Source: Zygnema circumcarinatum SAG 698-1b
Lineage: Eukaryota; Plantae; Zygnematophyceae
Length of the DNA: 64,000 nt
Assembly (NCBI GenBank): GCA_037447605.1
Contig: CM074805.1
Location: 4,249,361-4,313,360 of the forward strand
Reading direction: 5' to 3'
A program made the translations under genes and the position numbers. Below the pieces are notes generated by a model. That model was not told where the DNA came from and ran no database searches. It saw nothing but the letters and a program-made list of their open reading frames with translations. Below, piece by piece: positions 1 through 12,018 of this stretch (within the stretch, counting starts at the first letter, position 1; each line of letters starts with the position of its first letter).

Positions 1-2639
1 ATTTGGACCGCCTATTGCTGAGCATTCACGAGTACTTGCAGGACCTTGGACTGGACGAGATCCGACGCAGGTATGCAAACTCTTCCTGTCCAGGGCATCA
101 CTCGTTTATGTGAATGTTTGTGTTTATTTCTGGTTTAACTTCATGGCATTCATAAGACACATGCTATTTAAGTTTGGCGTTTACATGTAATGGATGAGTT
201 AGCAGAGGTCTTAGAATTTCGCAAATGCTTGAGTAATAAATTGTGTTTGTTTTTGACGAGTTCCTTGTCCGCTGTTCTGCTGGAGTAAATACAAAAAGAC
301 CTACCTCAATTAGATCACTGAATTTACGAATCTTCTTGATCAATCATTACCCATTCACTTCACCTCTCCTCTTGTAATGTTTACTTTCCTTTCACCAGGA
401 CTTTCTTTTCTCTCCATAGACAGGGTAGTTGAGTTTGATGTTATGCCATAACCTTATTTTTCCCTTTCCCTTCCTCTGTGCTCAGGGCGGGGGCCGATGA
501 CAAACCTTTGCGAATGGTTAAGACAGTCCTGCATGAGGTCTGCAAAGTGGTTGGTCCCGCCATTAAGGGGCACCTTTCTCTTCTGCCAATCGATATGGAC
601 CCTGCACCGATTGTACTGGCCTACATTGACCTTAACCTGCAGGTGATAAGAGTACTCCTTGCCTTTGGAATTCTCACTGTTTTCGTATGTCTGTTGTCAT
701 TGCGGTGTTTGATTCATCAATCAATCAGAATAAGGCGAAAGGAATTTAGATTCTCGACAGTGACATTGATGGAAGTCTTGTTAACCTTGTTCTTCTTCCA
801 ATTGAAGTGGTAGGCAGCCGGAAAAGGCCCAATTTGTGAAGCTCATTAGATCTTTCCTTTCTCTGAAGTTGTAAGTCCTCTTATGATCGTTCTATTGTAT
901 TGCAGACTTTGGCAGCAAAGCGAGTTCTGACCCCTGTGAAGCCTGATAGTGTTCTCTGGCGAGACCAATCAGCTGGTGAAAGTGCTGCACAATCCTCGGA
1001 TGGAGTGGATAATGATGCTTTGCGGGTAAGTACGGAACTTCATGTTGCTCTTCAGGTTGAGTTGATGAATGCATTAGTCAGTCAGTCAGTCAGTCTGTCA
1101 GTCGCAGTCAGCCAGTCTGACTGACTGTCTGAGAAGTAACTGGAGAGAGGAGGAACCGATTACGAACATGCACATCAAGTATCCGTATGTCTTATACTAA
1201 GGCAGCTTGTAACTTGAGGATCAGTGTAAATGGATACATGCGGCGTCTGATGTTCAGAATCAGTTTCTGTTGTACTATGTCTAATACAAAGGTATCACTT
1301 CATGCACTGGTTATCAGTCTTGATGTGCCTGTGACCGGCAACTGTGTGTGGTGGATCGTATTATTGAATGCATGAATCTCCTCTGCATACAAGGAAAACA
1401 TTTGGAGGGTTTGGGAATCTAACAGTGTGTTTTCTGAGGTGTGCAGTACCGGTTTTTGTCTGTTTTTAAGACAATCGGCGACAAACGAACCAGCAAAGAT
1501 GGACTGTATGAGTTGTGGTCTATCACGCAGGAGTATCCTCAGGTAATTCCCTTCCAAAATTTCTTCTCTATCTGGGAAAAAGTTTGCTCTTACATCTCCG
1601 CATTTCCTATCCAGATCGGATGTGAGAATTTGTATGGCTGGATGTCTGCCAAGCAGAAACGACTCATTCGGATTGAATAGCAATAGCACTCACTCCCTCT
1701 TGAGTTTACAATTTGCTTGCGCATCGATCCTGTAGTACACTCCTAAACGCGGGAGTGGGTGTCGAATTGTCAGGTGGATATCGGTCAACTCTTGCATTCT
1801 ACAAGCGATGAGATGAAGAGGTTTATAAAGGATGGCTTGGCTGAAGTGGATAGGGAAATTAGAGAGAGAGAGCAAGGTGCCCAATCTGAAGGGGAAGTGT
1901 CGTCGGCCTCCTATCCGGAGCAGCCATCTCCAGCCATGCAGTCGACTCCCCAGTCTTCTGTGAGCTCAAATGCATATGCACTGGAGGTTATGGCTCAAAA
2001 CGGAGTAGAACGGAGTGAGGCCAATGATGAGAGACTGACGAAAGGCTCATTGAACCTGGGTGCCTCTCACGGATTAAGGCCGACCCCCCCAGGGGAGCCT
2101 CTGAATGGTGAGATTCGTCCTCACCAACCTCCCTTGTGTGCACTTGACAGATGAGAAACACTGACACTGTAACACGAGACGAGAGAGAGTGGGGGGGAGT
2201 ACCTTCTGATGTATCATAATTGACCTTACTTTACTTCAGTATTCGTTCAGATCAGCTTTCAAATCAACACTTAGAGGATGGATAGTGTTCATTCTTGAAG
2301 CCCTTGCTTCTCCTGTCGTCACGTTTGCGATCATGCTTCACCCTGCTTGTCATATTTTCCTACCTTCTGAACGATCTCTCACTGCTCCTGAACCATGTGG
2401 CAGGCGGAGGCAATACCCCCTCCTTGGACGGTGCCTGGAATGTTGAAGAGTACCGGGAAAGGATGCGGCTCATCCACGCCACCACAGAAGGCTCTCCCGT
2501 GCGCCTCACGCCTATCGGAAGGTCTGCCTCTGCTTCAGTGAGCAAGCCCATGTCTTCACACGAGGGGGTCAATGGCTCCGGGCTCAAGGCACGCCTGGGG
2601 CAGCTCAAGAGCCGCGGAGTTGAGCCCTACATGTACTAA
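1..2639 (+). CDS. MOR1: MOR1/XMAP215 (MAP215) microtubule polymerase, 3' part; the 5' end lies outside the window. Exons ~<1-70, 486-642, 906-1025, ~1447-1542, 1774-2107, 2404-2639
   Basis: The spliced translation LDRLLLSIHEYLQDLGLDEIRRR|AGADDKPLRMVKTVLHEVCKVVGPAIKGHLSLLPIDMDPAPIVLAYIDLNLQ|TLAAKR...FKTIGDKRTSKDGLYELW...YPQ|VDIGQLL...FIKDGLAEV matches the plant MOR1 C-terminal region as I recall it. Junctions are GT-AG and keep frame. The acceptor at ~1447 is the least certain. Confidence 0.92.
1076..1131. repeat. (CAGT)n imperfect microsatellite in a MOR1 intron
   Basis: agtcagtcagtcagtcagtctgtcagtcgcagtcagccagtctgactgactgtctg read directly. Confidence 0.85.
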
Positions 2640-4061
2640 CTGTAGTCGTACTTTATGGTCACGGCTGCTCGTTGTGGGTTTGATGGTGGATTGGCTGGCG
2701 GGGGACTGCTTTCTATGTGTGGTTGCGTTGAAGCCTGAGGTAAAGTTTGTTTTGCTGTTGTCAGTCACATGACGTGTAGGGGCAGGGTCCTAGTGGTTTC
2801 GTCCGTGGAGTTCATTGTTTGATTTGAATTCCACCTATTGGCTCGTATATGGCGGGTTCAGAACAGCGATACGATGGTCAAGACTTCGTGCTGCGCTTCG
2901 GCTACTATTGCATTTGTTTATGTATTCAAATAATGCCTAATTTCATTCGAATGTTCTTGAAGCTGCGAGAATATTGTTCTATGGATTGTTTGGTGTAAAT
3001 AAGCCGGTGCTTCTTCTCCCTTTCCCATTTGCATGCGGGGTCTACCCATCAGATCCTCATTTCAACCTTCTCGGCATCCTTTTGGAACGCGTGGCCTATG
3101 AATGGAAGCGGTGGCAAACGCAGAAGGGAGAGATTGGGACTTTCGCACTGGAGCATTGCTTCGAGTACTCAACAATCACAGGGTACTCATGTGAAGACGG
3201 CAAACTACAGGGCTTGCAGAGGATGAATGGGGACGATTGAGATCTGCTGTTACTATTTAGCGCGCACAACCAAAGTATTCGTCGTAATGCTCCTCATTTC
3301 CACCCGAAAATCGCTTCCGAGTTAACTAAAAGTCCCTGGCCGAAGCTCATGTCACTACATCAACTAAAAAAATAAAATCAGCCACTCTCTCTGTCAGTCA
3401 GAAACTTTCGGCTGCCCTATTGCTCTAAAGTATGGGGTTTTTGGTGGTATCCGCAAATCAGCACCTTCTGCCCCGCCTCTCCTGAATGACGTTTGGTGCA
3501 CACCCCCTCCAACCACCATACCCGAATCCAAAGCCTTTCTGAAAACAAATATGAACTGAACCCCGACATGACAAAAGGTATACAGAGTCCATCCGCCGAC
3601 GTCTCGCACGATGATGTCAGCACAAAATGAAAAACAGGCATTCACAGAAAGCCACAAAAGTTGACTATACAGAAGGCACATATGTTAAAGGGGAACAAAA
3701 CAGTTTCAGACAAGCAGGCCACAAACCGCCACATACGTCTTAGATCTCCATAACGTGATGTGTCGCTAACAGATCCAAAACACTGTCGGGCCCGCATAGC
3801 ACCTGAAGAGTGATGCCTGTCACTTTGCAGGCGATCCAATGCGGCGGATAATTAATTTTGTGACAACGGAAGCTGTGCCCTAACCCTTCCACAAGTAATC
3901 CCTATACAATCTCAATCTCTGTACATGAGATGCAGCCAAAGCAGGGCCTCCCTGCTCGTGCACACACCCTTCGCCTCTCCCCCTTCGTCGTGCCTCCAAG
4001 ACCACATCACACCCCATCGGGAGAGCCAGGAATTTCAAGTCTCCAGCCTATTGGAGGAATG

Positions 4062-7000
4062 TCACGACCCCTCCTCCGCATCCCGCTCAGAATTCATGAA
4101 CCGCACGTACTCGTGGCGCACCATCTCTCCGCCAGCGGTAGGGTCGAACGAACATTTGTGGTAGCTGCAAGGTTACCCAAATCTACTCCGAGTTATTTTC
4201 CAAACCATAATCCATGAGGCAATGCACCCACTACTCATCAACTGCTTCTTGAAAAACCACACGGCATCATCATATCATCACCAATTCCTCCCCCTTGTGT
4301 AGAGCCAAACAGTTGTCAAGAATGGCAATCCAGAATCCCTACCGTTTGCAAACTCTTTCTGGCTTTCGTACACGTCAGATTCATCCGCAGCAGCTTGAAA
4401 CAACCAGCAGCCGAGAAAAGCGTTTAAAAACGAAAGGAAGATGCCAATTCGGGCCAGCAACACACCTGCCGTCTGTTCCAACAACAACGAGTGTATTCTT
4501 TTGTGGACCAAAGGCAACAATGGAGCGCGTTTCTTCGGGCAGCCTGTACTGCGCAAATGACCACTCGGAGCTGAAGTACTTCGGAAGCACTCCTGCTCCC
4601 AAATCAAGTAAATGGCAACTAAAGGTTAGTTTTCTTGAAGGCCATATTCTAAGGGGCCAAGGATAAACCAGTTTAAAAAGATGAGTACATTCTTCACTTT
4701 CTAACAGTTTAATCTGCTGACATGAAAACGATCACAAGAACATTCCCTTTCAGCTTGGGATGCCAAGTCCCCATCAAACTCCTCTCTTATCCGATGTAAA
4801 AGATGGAAAAGCAATCTCTTCCCCACTGTAAGCTGAGCACTTCGCAAAACCACCAATCTTGCGAGTCATGAAAAATTGTTATTTTATTACACACCTAAAA
4901 ACACAGGCATGCAGTACTTTCATTCCAGCTCCAACAGAGAAAACTAATGACCAGGATGTTACGCCAAAAATTTCAGAGAAATCATCTGGAAAAGGCATGG
5001 CACAGCATCTGCCTCTCTCTGGCTAGACAAGAATGCGGCATAACTAATGGCTATGTGCGAAGTCCTGATGGATGAATGGTAAAACTGTTATGTATATCAA
5101 TCTGAGGCTACTAGCTCAAAATGTAACTCACACACTCCTCTCGTCCATTTGTCTGTTGGCGCATTTACCAGCATATGAAGGGACCCTATTAAAAACCACT
5201 TTCAAACTATTCCTCTTCACCCCGAGACCTCGTCTCATGGCTCAGCATACCCACTATGCTCTACTCAACAATACATTCCCAATGTGCTTCAGTATTGGTT
5301 ACTGCCACTGCCTTGCCTATTCCAAGTGCATTGTAAATGACATTGTCTCACCTCTCATGAAAGAGAACGTGGATCCAGGATTTGATCCGCCGGGCAAGCG
5401 TCCGCTGATACCTGTTCCTACACTAGGGCTGCTAACATTTGTAGGTGCAGAGGTACCATTTGACCCTGGTAAAGCAGGGAGGTTAACTCCTCCATCAGGT
5501 CCTCTGTCTTCCGGACTAGAGGCATCTTTCAATGCAAAAACATGGACAGTTCCCTTGTCACTAGACAAAGCAAGCCATAGTGCATCAGGTGAAAAGGCGA
5601 TGCTAAAAATGTCGGCCCGGTCTGCCCCTCTTCTTAGCTGCACGCCAACACCCAATACAGTCAATTAGCAGCAGCCAAAAACAACTCTGAATGAATTCGG
5701 CATTAAGCTGTCTCTGTAAAAACACAGGCCGCTGAAACATTACCAATTCACCTTCTCTTCCTTGAACGAAATCGAAAAAGCTTTGGCAAGAGGTTAGACC
5801 AATCAATTTGTACGCTATGCTCAATCAGCACAAGATTGACTGATTGAGGATAGGACAACATGTACAGAAACAAGCCATACCATCAAGTAAAGACTAACAA
5901 CATGGTATTTTGGCAACCATGCCCAAGTATGCAGACTTCCGCCACTCCTGGCCTCTATCACATAGCAAATTACACATAGACGGATGGACGGAGGCATCAC
6001 CATATCGCCTCTAACGTTAGCTGGTACTCACCTCTTGCAGCTTAGTGCAGTCTGCAGTGTTGAAAACGCGGATAAGGGTGCCTTTCACAGAAGCCGTCGC
6101 CAATCGAGTCCCGTCTAGAGTGAGGGCGAAACAAGCAAGGGCTGAATCATGTGCTTCAATGAACCGCGTACGCTTTGTGTCATACAGCTCCACTCGAACC
6201 TGGAGGGCTCCACGCAGCAATATTAACTACCACTTTAGGCTTCAGAGTCAGGAACTACCATGCCAACCTCGAAAAGGCTTGAAGCCGACTCGCAACAAGC
6301 AATATAACATGGCCACTGCGCTGCCCATCGCTGTCTCTATGCAGAACATTATCCTAGTAATCAAAGTACATTTAATCAACTTCTTTTCTTCCTTCCTCTT
6401 CTACTGTCCACTCCCCTCTTTCTATTGTACCAGCCCCACTTCAGTTGCAAAGCAGCCAGGGAAGAGCTCTCACCTGTCCACGGCGAAGGCCAGGGCAGGC
6501 CAGCACTGTGCTGTTCGAGGCTGGGGAGAGGCAGCAGAGGCCTTTAGGGTTGGCCATAGTCTCTATTTGGTGGAGCAGCTTGAGGTCCGCAAAATTGTAC
6601 AAGTAGATTTTGTGCTCCAGGACGACGCAAATCCTGTCACGCCGGAGCCGCACAGCACGCACGTCGCTGCGGAAGCTTAGCTCGCCAATACAGCGGCTCT
6701 GATGATCGTCCCATATCATCACCTGCCAAGACAGTCGCGAAGTGTCAGCAATAACAGCACGTTCGCATGCTTCCACCGCAAAACTCATTCGAAAAGAGCA
6801 ACTTAAACAGAAACTGAAGGACAGCTGATGACGCATGTTGGCATGAACAACAACCTCCCTGGACATTCCTTTCCCCACCTTGTTCAGCGGATACCGCGGA
6901 GTTGTCCCTCCTCCCACCACCGCCAATATGTTGCAGCGGAAGAGCATCTCCACTAACCCTATTCCGCCATTGCTGAACTCCCGACGAAAAGTTTCCTTGA

Positions 7001-7223
7001 AAGGCTCACAGTTGTATATCCGAAAACCGGTTGCTGTTCCACAAGCAAAGCATCCATAGTCCTGATTGAAACCTACAGACAGAAGCTGACTCTCTTGCGA
7101 GTGCCTCTCCTTCTCCTCTGTCAGCAGGTCGCCTTGTGGAGGGGTTGCCGGGGCCTGTGGAGGGGAGGGCTGCACAGCGCTGGGAGACAACTGCCGCGGC
7201 GAGTGAGCTTCCACCATTGCCAT
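4062..7223 (-). CDS. ATG18: Autophagy protein ATG18a-like (WIPI/PROPPIN WD40 propeller). Exons 7223-6879, 6722-6474, 6199-6032, 5637-5352, 4592-4466, 4164-4062
   Basis: Motifs seen: [88 protein letters not shown], the LRRG phosphoinositide-binding motif, [10 protein letters not shown] and [13 protein letters not shown]. All junctions are GT-AG and in frame, ending ...ERDAEEGS*. Confidence 0.96.
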
Positions 7224-7720
7224 GGCCGCCTGCGTTGCTGCTACACGAGAAACAGAGCAGATTAAGGTTAGGGTTAGGGCTCCCGCCAGGAAGCTATGGC
7301 GCAGGAGACCATGGCTGCACTGCCCTCCGTCAGCGGACACTCGCTTGGGCCCGGGCCTCTTACCGCGCGTCACACGTGTGAGCGGTCGGAACCGGATTGG
7401 GGGCACAGTCCTGTTCACGTGTGAACACTTTTTGGGTTCCAAGAAGTTCCATGCGTGAAGTTACGCGTTTCCCGTTCCCCGGCGGGCGCTGTTCCGTCAG
7501 CGCAGTTTCCGACGGCTGATTGACTGCGCGCCGAGGCGCGTGCAAGGGCGGGCCGACCGAGCGGGCGTGACGGGCGTGACGGGGGGAGGGGGATGGAGGG
7601 AGGCGGGGATAAGAGGGAGAGAGTGGAGGGGAGGGAGAGAGGGGGGAGAAAGGAAGGTGAAAGACTGATCTTGAAGACACGTTTGGGGAAGAAGCTGTGG
7701 TGAACCGGCTGTTGGTCAAC
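7224..7720. promoter_or_regulatory. Compact divergent (bidirectional) promoter/5'UTR region shared by ATG18 (-) and GMC copy 1 (+)
   Basis: The start codons face away from each other ~500 bp apart. The region has a GC-rich core, a telo-box-like TTAGGGTTAGGG near 7268-7279, CGTGACGG twice (7566, 7575), GATAAGA (7608) and a GA-rich leader. Confidence 0.6.
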
Positions 7721-10700
7721 ATGGCGATGGTGAGGAGGATGGGGGCCACCCTGCGGGTGTTGATTTTGTGCACGATGTTGGCAACGCTTGCCATAGGTGA
7801 GGAATGGGTTCGTGAAGTACATGATAATTTTATTTAATTGCAAATAAAACTTGCGAAAATCGAGCCTAAAGTGACATTAGGATTGCAAATTTTCAAAAAC
7901 TGGCGAAACGAGCAGGCTTGAAACGTTCTCATATTGAGAACGAAGGACAATGGTTACCTTAAGGGGGCTGCTGGCCGAATCAGGGTTAGAAAATACATTA
8001 CTTTCAGCAGTAGTGAATAGTTTAAGAACTAGTGAGTGTGACACGCTGCTCATAGCAACTCCTACACAGAAAGAGGAACGTAAGTTGACTCAGCTTCCAT
8101 TCAAAGTGCAGCCACACTCGCCAGTGACAAGAACAAAGGGAAGGCCATTCACTGATGCTCAGTTACTTGATTTGTAACTTCAATTTCACTGCAAATTTCC
8201 ACAACCGGCGGCTCTGCAGGATACGATGACCCATACATTCGCGACGCTGTGGAGGCCCCGCAAGTGAGCGCATACGACTACATTGTCGTGGGGGGAGGCG
8301 CCGCCGGCTGCCCTCTGGCGGCCACCCTGTCGGAGCAGTACTCCGTGCTCGTGCTGGAGCGAGGGGGCGTTCCGTACGACCAGGTACTGTAGCCGGGCTT
8401 GTCTTGTCTCCCTGCTTTTGCTATTCTGAGAGCCAAGTCCATAAGGAAGATCTGCTGAGGCAGCGAGTAAACTACAAATTTTGCTGGGCCAGAGATCTGG
8501 GGATTGACAAAAGCCACTTTTTTTCAATTTTAAAATATCTGTTTGATTGTAGACCTTAATCTCTTGATACAAGAGGACTAGCAATTTCGAAGTGGGTTGT
8601 TGTAGAGAATAGATAACAATTTTCGTTTGCTCAAATTTAACAGTCTGCATCTAAAAACGAAATGAAAACGTTAGTTTCACCTTCACCCGAAGACGCCACT
8701 TCACCAGCTCCTCGCCCGTGCGTCGTTTGCAGCCATCTGTGTATCGCTTAGAAGGATTCCCCTGGGTGTTAACCACGCCAGCTGCCCAGCCATTTCGTTC
8801 TGTAGAGGGTGTTCAAAACCGGCGCGGACATGTTTTGGGAGGCGGATCTTCAGTGAACGCTGGCTTCTATAGGTAAGAAGGACCATCCACACTTGAAAAA
8901 GTTCTCTGGGAATCCCCATACAAGCCTTCCAATGTTATTGTTGAAACCTACATTCACAAAGTTTCATAGAAAAAGCCGCTTGTCCTCTGAATGGTGCAGC
9001 CGCGCAGACCCAGATTTTCTCCAACAAACAGGATGGGACTTGGACGCGGTGGAGACGGCGTACGAATGGGTGGAATCTCAAATAGTCTTCGATCCTCCTA
9101 TGGGCCAATGGCAGACAGCGTTGGAGCAAGGGCTGTTAGAGGCTGGTATCACCCCTTTCAACAACCGAAGCTTGGATCACATCATAGGGACAAAGGTACG
9201 TGAGGCTACGGCATTGCATGTCTTCCCTAACCTGACATAGCAATGAAAACAACGCAATCAGGGAGTGCAGCCATGAAGAGAAAAACAACGCTATTTGCAC
9301 TCATTGAATGTTGGAATGATGATGTTGATTAACAAAGCGCTGGCGGAAGGGATTGGGTACAAGATGGTTCTTTGCACGGTAGTGTAACTCGACATGTTGG
9401 CGCTGTGCAGATTGGAAACACAATATTCGATTCCAACGGAACGCGGCACACCTCTGCTGATCTCTTACGTTCAGGAAACGCTGCCAACCTCGCTGTTTAT
9501 GTCTTTGCCGTTGCCCAGCGAGTTGTGTTTGACACACTCCAAGGTAAAGATTCAAACGTTTTAGCTCACAAGCATAGGTTGCAGTCGTGTACACGTTCCA
9601 AATTCTATCCTGTTTAGGATCTGTTTTGCTGTACTTGCGTACATTGCGAAACAAGTAGGGGCTGAGACTGTTTCAATCGACATTCTTGGTCCAGATGGAT
9701 CGCCAAGTGCCGTAGGAGTGATTTTTACAGACAACAATGGCACGACAAAGGTGGCCATGGTGAAGAGCGGAGGAGAGGTCCTACTCACGGCGGGAGCTCT
9801 CGGCTCGCCACAGCTGCTCATGCTCAGTGGAGTAGGGCCAATCGATGAGTTGGCGAAGCACAACATTCCTCTTGTTCTTGAGATGCCCATGGTTGGGCAG
9901 AACATCACTGATGTTCCCATCAACGGCATGATTGTGACATCACCATCGGCCGTAGAACTCTCCTCACTAACCGTGAGTGCCTTCAATTACGAATGGGGGC
10001 TGAATCAAGGACTTGGCTCTCTGTCTCTAAGTAACATTCAACTTCGAGGAAGACATACAGGATTGAAATTTAGCATTATTTTTCCTTTGAGGTTTGGTTT
10101 ACCGCTGTTAGTCGCATGCTTGCCCCACCGATGTGACTTCCTTATTGAATAGGGTTTCGAATGTACCTGAATTGAAGGTCAAAATGATATGAAGGCCGCT
10201 GGTGTGCAGGTGGTCGGCATTTCCGAGTATGGAAACATCATCGAGGGTGCGAGTGGGGGGAATTCGTCGACCATATGGCCGCAGGCAGGACAGGCCGTCA
10301 CATATCCGCCAGAGTCAAGGACAGAAGCCAATATCGCGCTCACGACAACGGTTGAAGAATTCCTTCCTCCCCCTTGGATCGATCAAATGAACCAAGCAGG
10401 TTTCATCCTTAGTAAGGTCAGTGTACGTCCGATTGTCTTTCTTGAACCTTTTTGATTAGTTGGTTTGGAAAGTCCTCAACAGCGTAGAAGAAGTGATAGT
10501 GGAAGTGTTCTGTGAGATTTGGGTGATCTCTGTTTTGTTATCCTGAAGTTAAAAACTTGTTTGATTTGTGTTCTGTTCAATATGTTCAATGCCTATCAGG
10601 TATTTCGCCCGACTTCACGTGGAACACTGACTCTTAACAGCACGGACATTACAAAGAACCCCACAGTTCAATACAACTACTACAGCACCCAAGAAGACAT

Positions 10701-11694
10701 AGACGTATGCATCAATGGCTCCCTCATACTCAACAACCTGATCAACTCCGCAGCATTCTCTGATTACCGATATACCTCCGTCCCAACACCTCTTCGGTGA
10801 GGTCGCTTACCACTAAATCGATTCAGACTCGAACCATATATATTACTAATTCTTATGCTTCAGAGTGTTTCTATTGTTCGAATGGCTATATCGAGCACTT
10901 GCCTTGACAATTTCTCACTGTCGCGCATTTACAGAATACTATTTCCACAGCTTGCGAGTATCCCTGACGGAGAGTACGATGGATCGCTTCCCCTGCTCCC
11001 AAACTCAGGAAACTACACAGAGGCCTCCCAATGGTGCAAGGTGTGGCACTTCCTAAGCAAAATTACCATCCTCCCTTGAAAGTTGAAAGCCTGCTTTCCT
11101 TTCAAATTGAATACAGCTGAAAAGCACAGTCTGTAAGCTGACGAATGCGACCGCCGTGCCATGCAAAAAGGACACGGTGGGAGTGATTTGGCACTTCCAT
11201 GGCGGCTGCCACCGAGGGGACTGCGTGGACGAGGAGTACCGCCTCGTGGGCGCGCAGTCCCTCCGCGTCATCGACGGCTCCACGTGGCTCACCTCTCCAG
11301 GCACCAATCCGCAGGCGACAGTCATGATGCTCGGACGGTAAGGCGCCTGCCTCCCTCCTCGACCTGCCTCGAGATGGGAGGGAGGGAGGGAGGGAGGGAG
11401 TTTTATTTCATTTCTGGTACAAACCAGAAAGTCAGGGGAGAGAGGGAGGGAGAGGAGAGAGGGAGAGAAAAGAGTCGGAGAGAGAGAGAGGAGAGAGAGG
11501 AGAGAGAGGGAGAGTCAAGAGGGGGAGTCGGGTTGCTAAGGGGTACAATGAATGCATTGAGAGGCATTGGTAGGCATATGAGAGAAGCGCAAGCCATGAC
11601 TGGAAGTTTCCTTGTTCGTGGTGTGCTGGTGTCGGCGGGTGGTTGCAGCTATCAGGGCCAAAGGATTATCGCAGAGAGGCAGGCAGCTCGATAA
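7721..11694 (+). CDS. GMC oxidoreductase, HOTHEAD/mandelonitrile-lyase-like, secreted, copy 1 (~569 aa). Exons 7721-7796, 8220-8383, 8733-8872, 9000-9195, 9411-9543, 9695-9972, 10210-10416, 10600-10796, 10935-11040, 11171-11337, 11649-11694
   Basis: Exon 1 encodes a signal-peptide-like MAMVRRMGATLRVLILCTMLATLAI. FAD motifs are [28 protein letters not shown] and [16 protein letters not shown]. Also [22 protein letters not shown], and the active-site region WHFHGGC...LRVIDGST...[14 protein letters not shown]. Exon lengths sum to 1710 nt, a multiple of 3. Confidence 0.93.
8204..8785 (+). repeat. Near-identical tract shared with 13416-13990 (exon 2, intron 2 and the start of exon 3 of the two GMC paralogs)
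   Basis: Exon 2 (164 bp) is identical by eye, intron 2 aligns throughout with scattered substitutions, and identity drops abruptly after ...ccacgccagctgc. Confidence 0.95.
11371..11530. repeat. GA-rich low-complexity tract in the last intron of GMC copy 1
   Basis: Runs of ggga, gaga and gagag. Confidence 0.85.
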
Positions 11695-11837
11695 TTTTTC
11701 GCTGCATGCGCCTGCTATTGAGAAGGCAATGAACTTACACAGACGCCTTATGTTCATTGTATGTAGCTGCAAGTTTGCGTCAATAGCGCTATTGCTTTGC
11801 ATTGGAGAGGACCACTGAAAAAACTTTAGGTTTGTGA

Positions 11838-12018
11838 CAGGGGCGGATCCAGGATTTTAGTCTAGGGGGGGGGGGCTGAACATTGAGTTGGGAAAAAAAT
11901 CGAAAGTTCGAGTGTGTATTTCTGCTATTCAACCTTCAAAGGCGAGCAGCTTGTCAAAGTCTGAGGGGAGGCTAAGCTAAAAACCCTAAAAACCCTAAAA
12001 TCCGTGGATCTGCCACTG
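11838..12018. mobile_element. 181-bp non-autonomous DNA transposon (MITE) with ~23-bp imperfect TIRs and a degenerate 8-bp TSD (hAT-like)
   Basis: Left end is CAGGGGCGGATCCA-GGATTTTAG; the reverse complement of the right end is CAGTGGCAGATCCACGGATTTTAG. Flanks GTTTGTGA and GTTAGGGA match at 6/8. There is an internal G11 run and no coding capacity. Confidence 0.8.

Noticed and set aside
2974-3240. 88-aa plus-strand ORF between MOR1 and ATG18
   Set aside because: No recognisable motif or promoter-like leader. It lies between convergent 3' ends and is probably UTR or chance.
6045-6680. 211-aa plus-strand ORF and similar long antisense ORFs (e.g. 9561-9986, 16324-16776, 51897-52466, 60772-61200)
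   Set aside because: These are antisense shadows of GC-rich real exons or of low-complexity tracts, with no independent coding signature.
11980-12000. Telomere-like (CCCTAAAAA)2 as an interstitial telomere
   Set aside because: There are only two units and they lie inside the MITE subterminus, not in a telomeric array.
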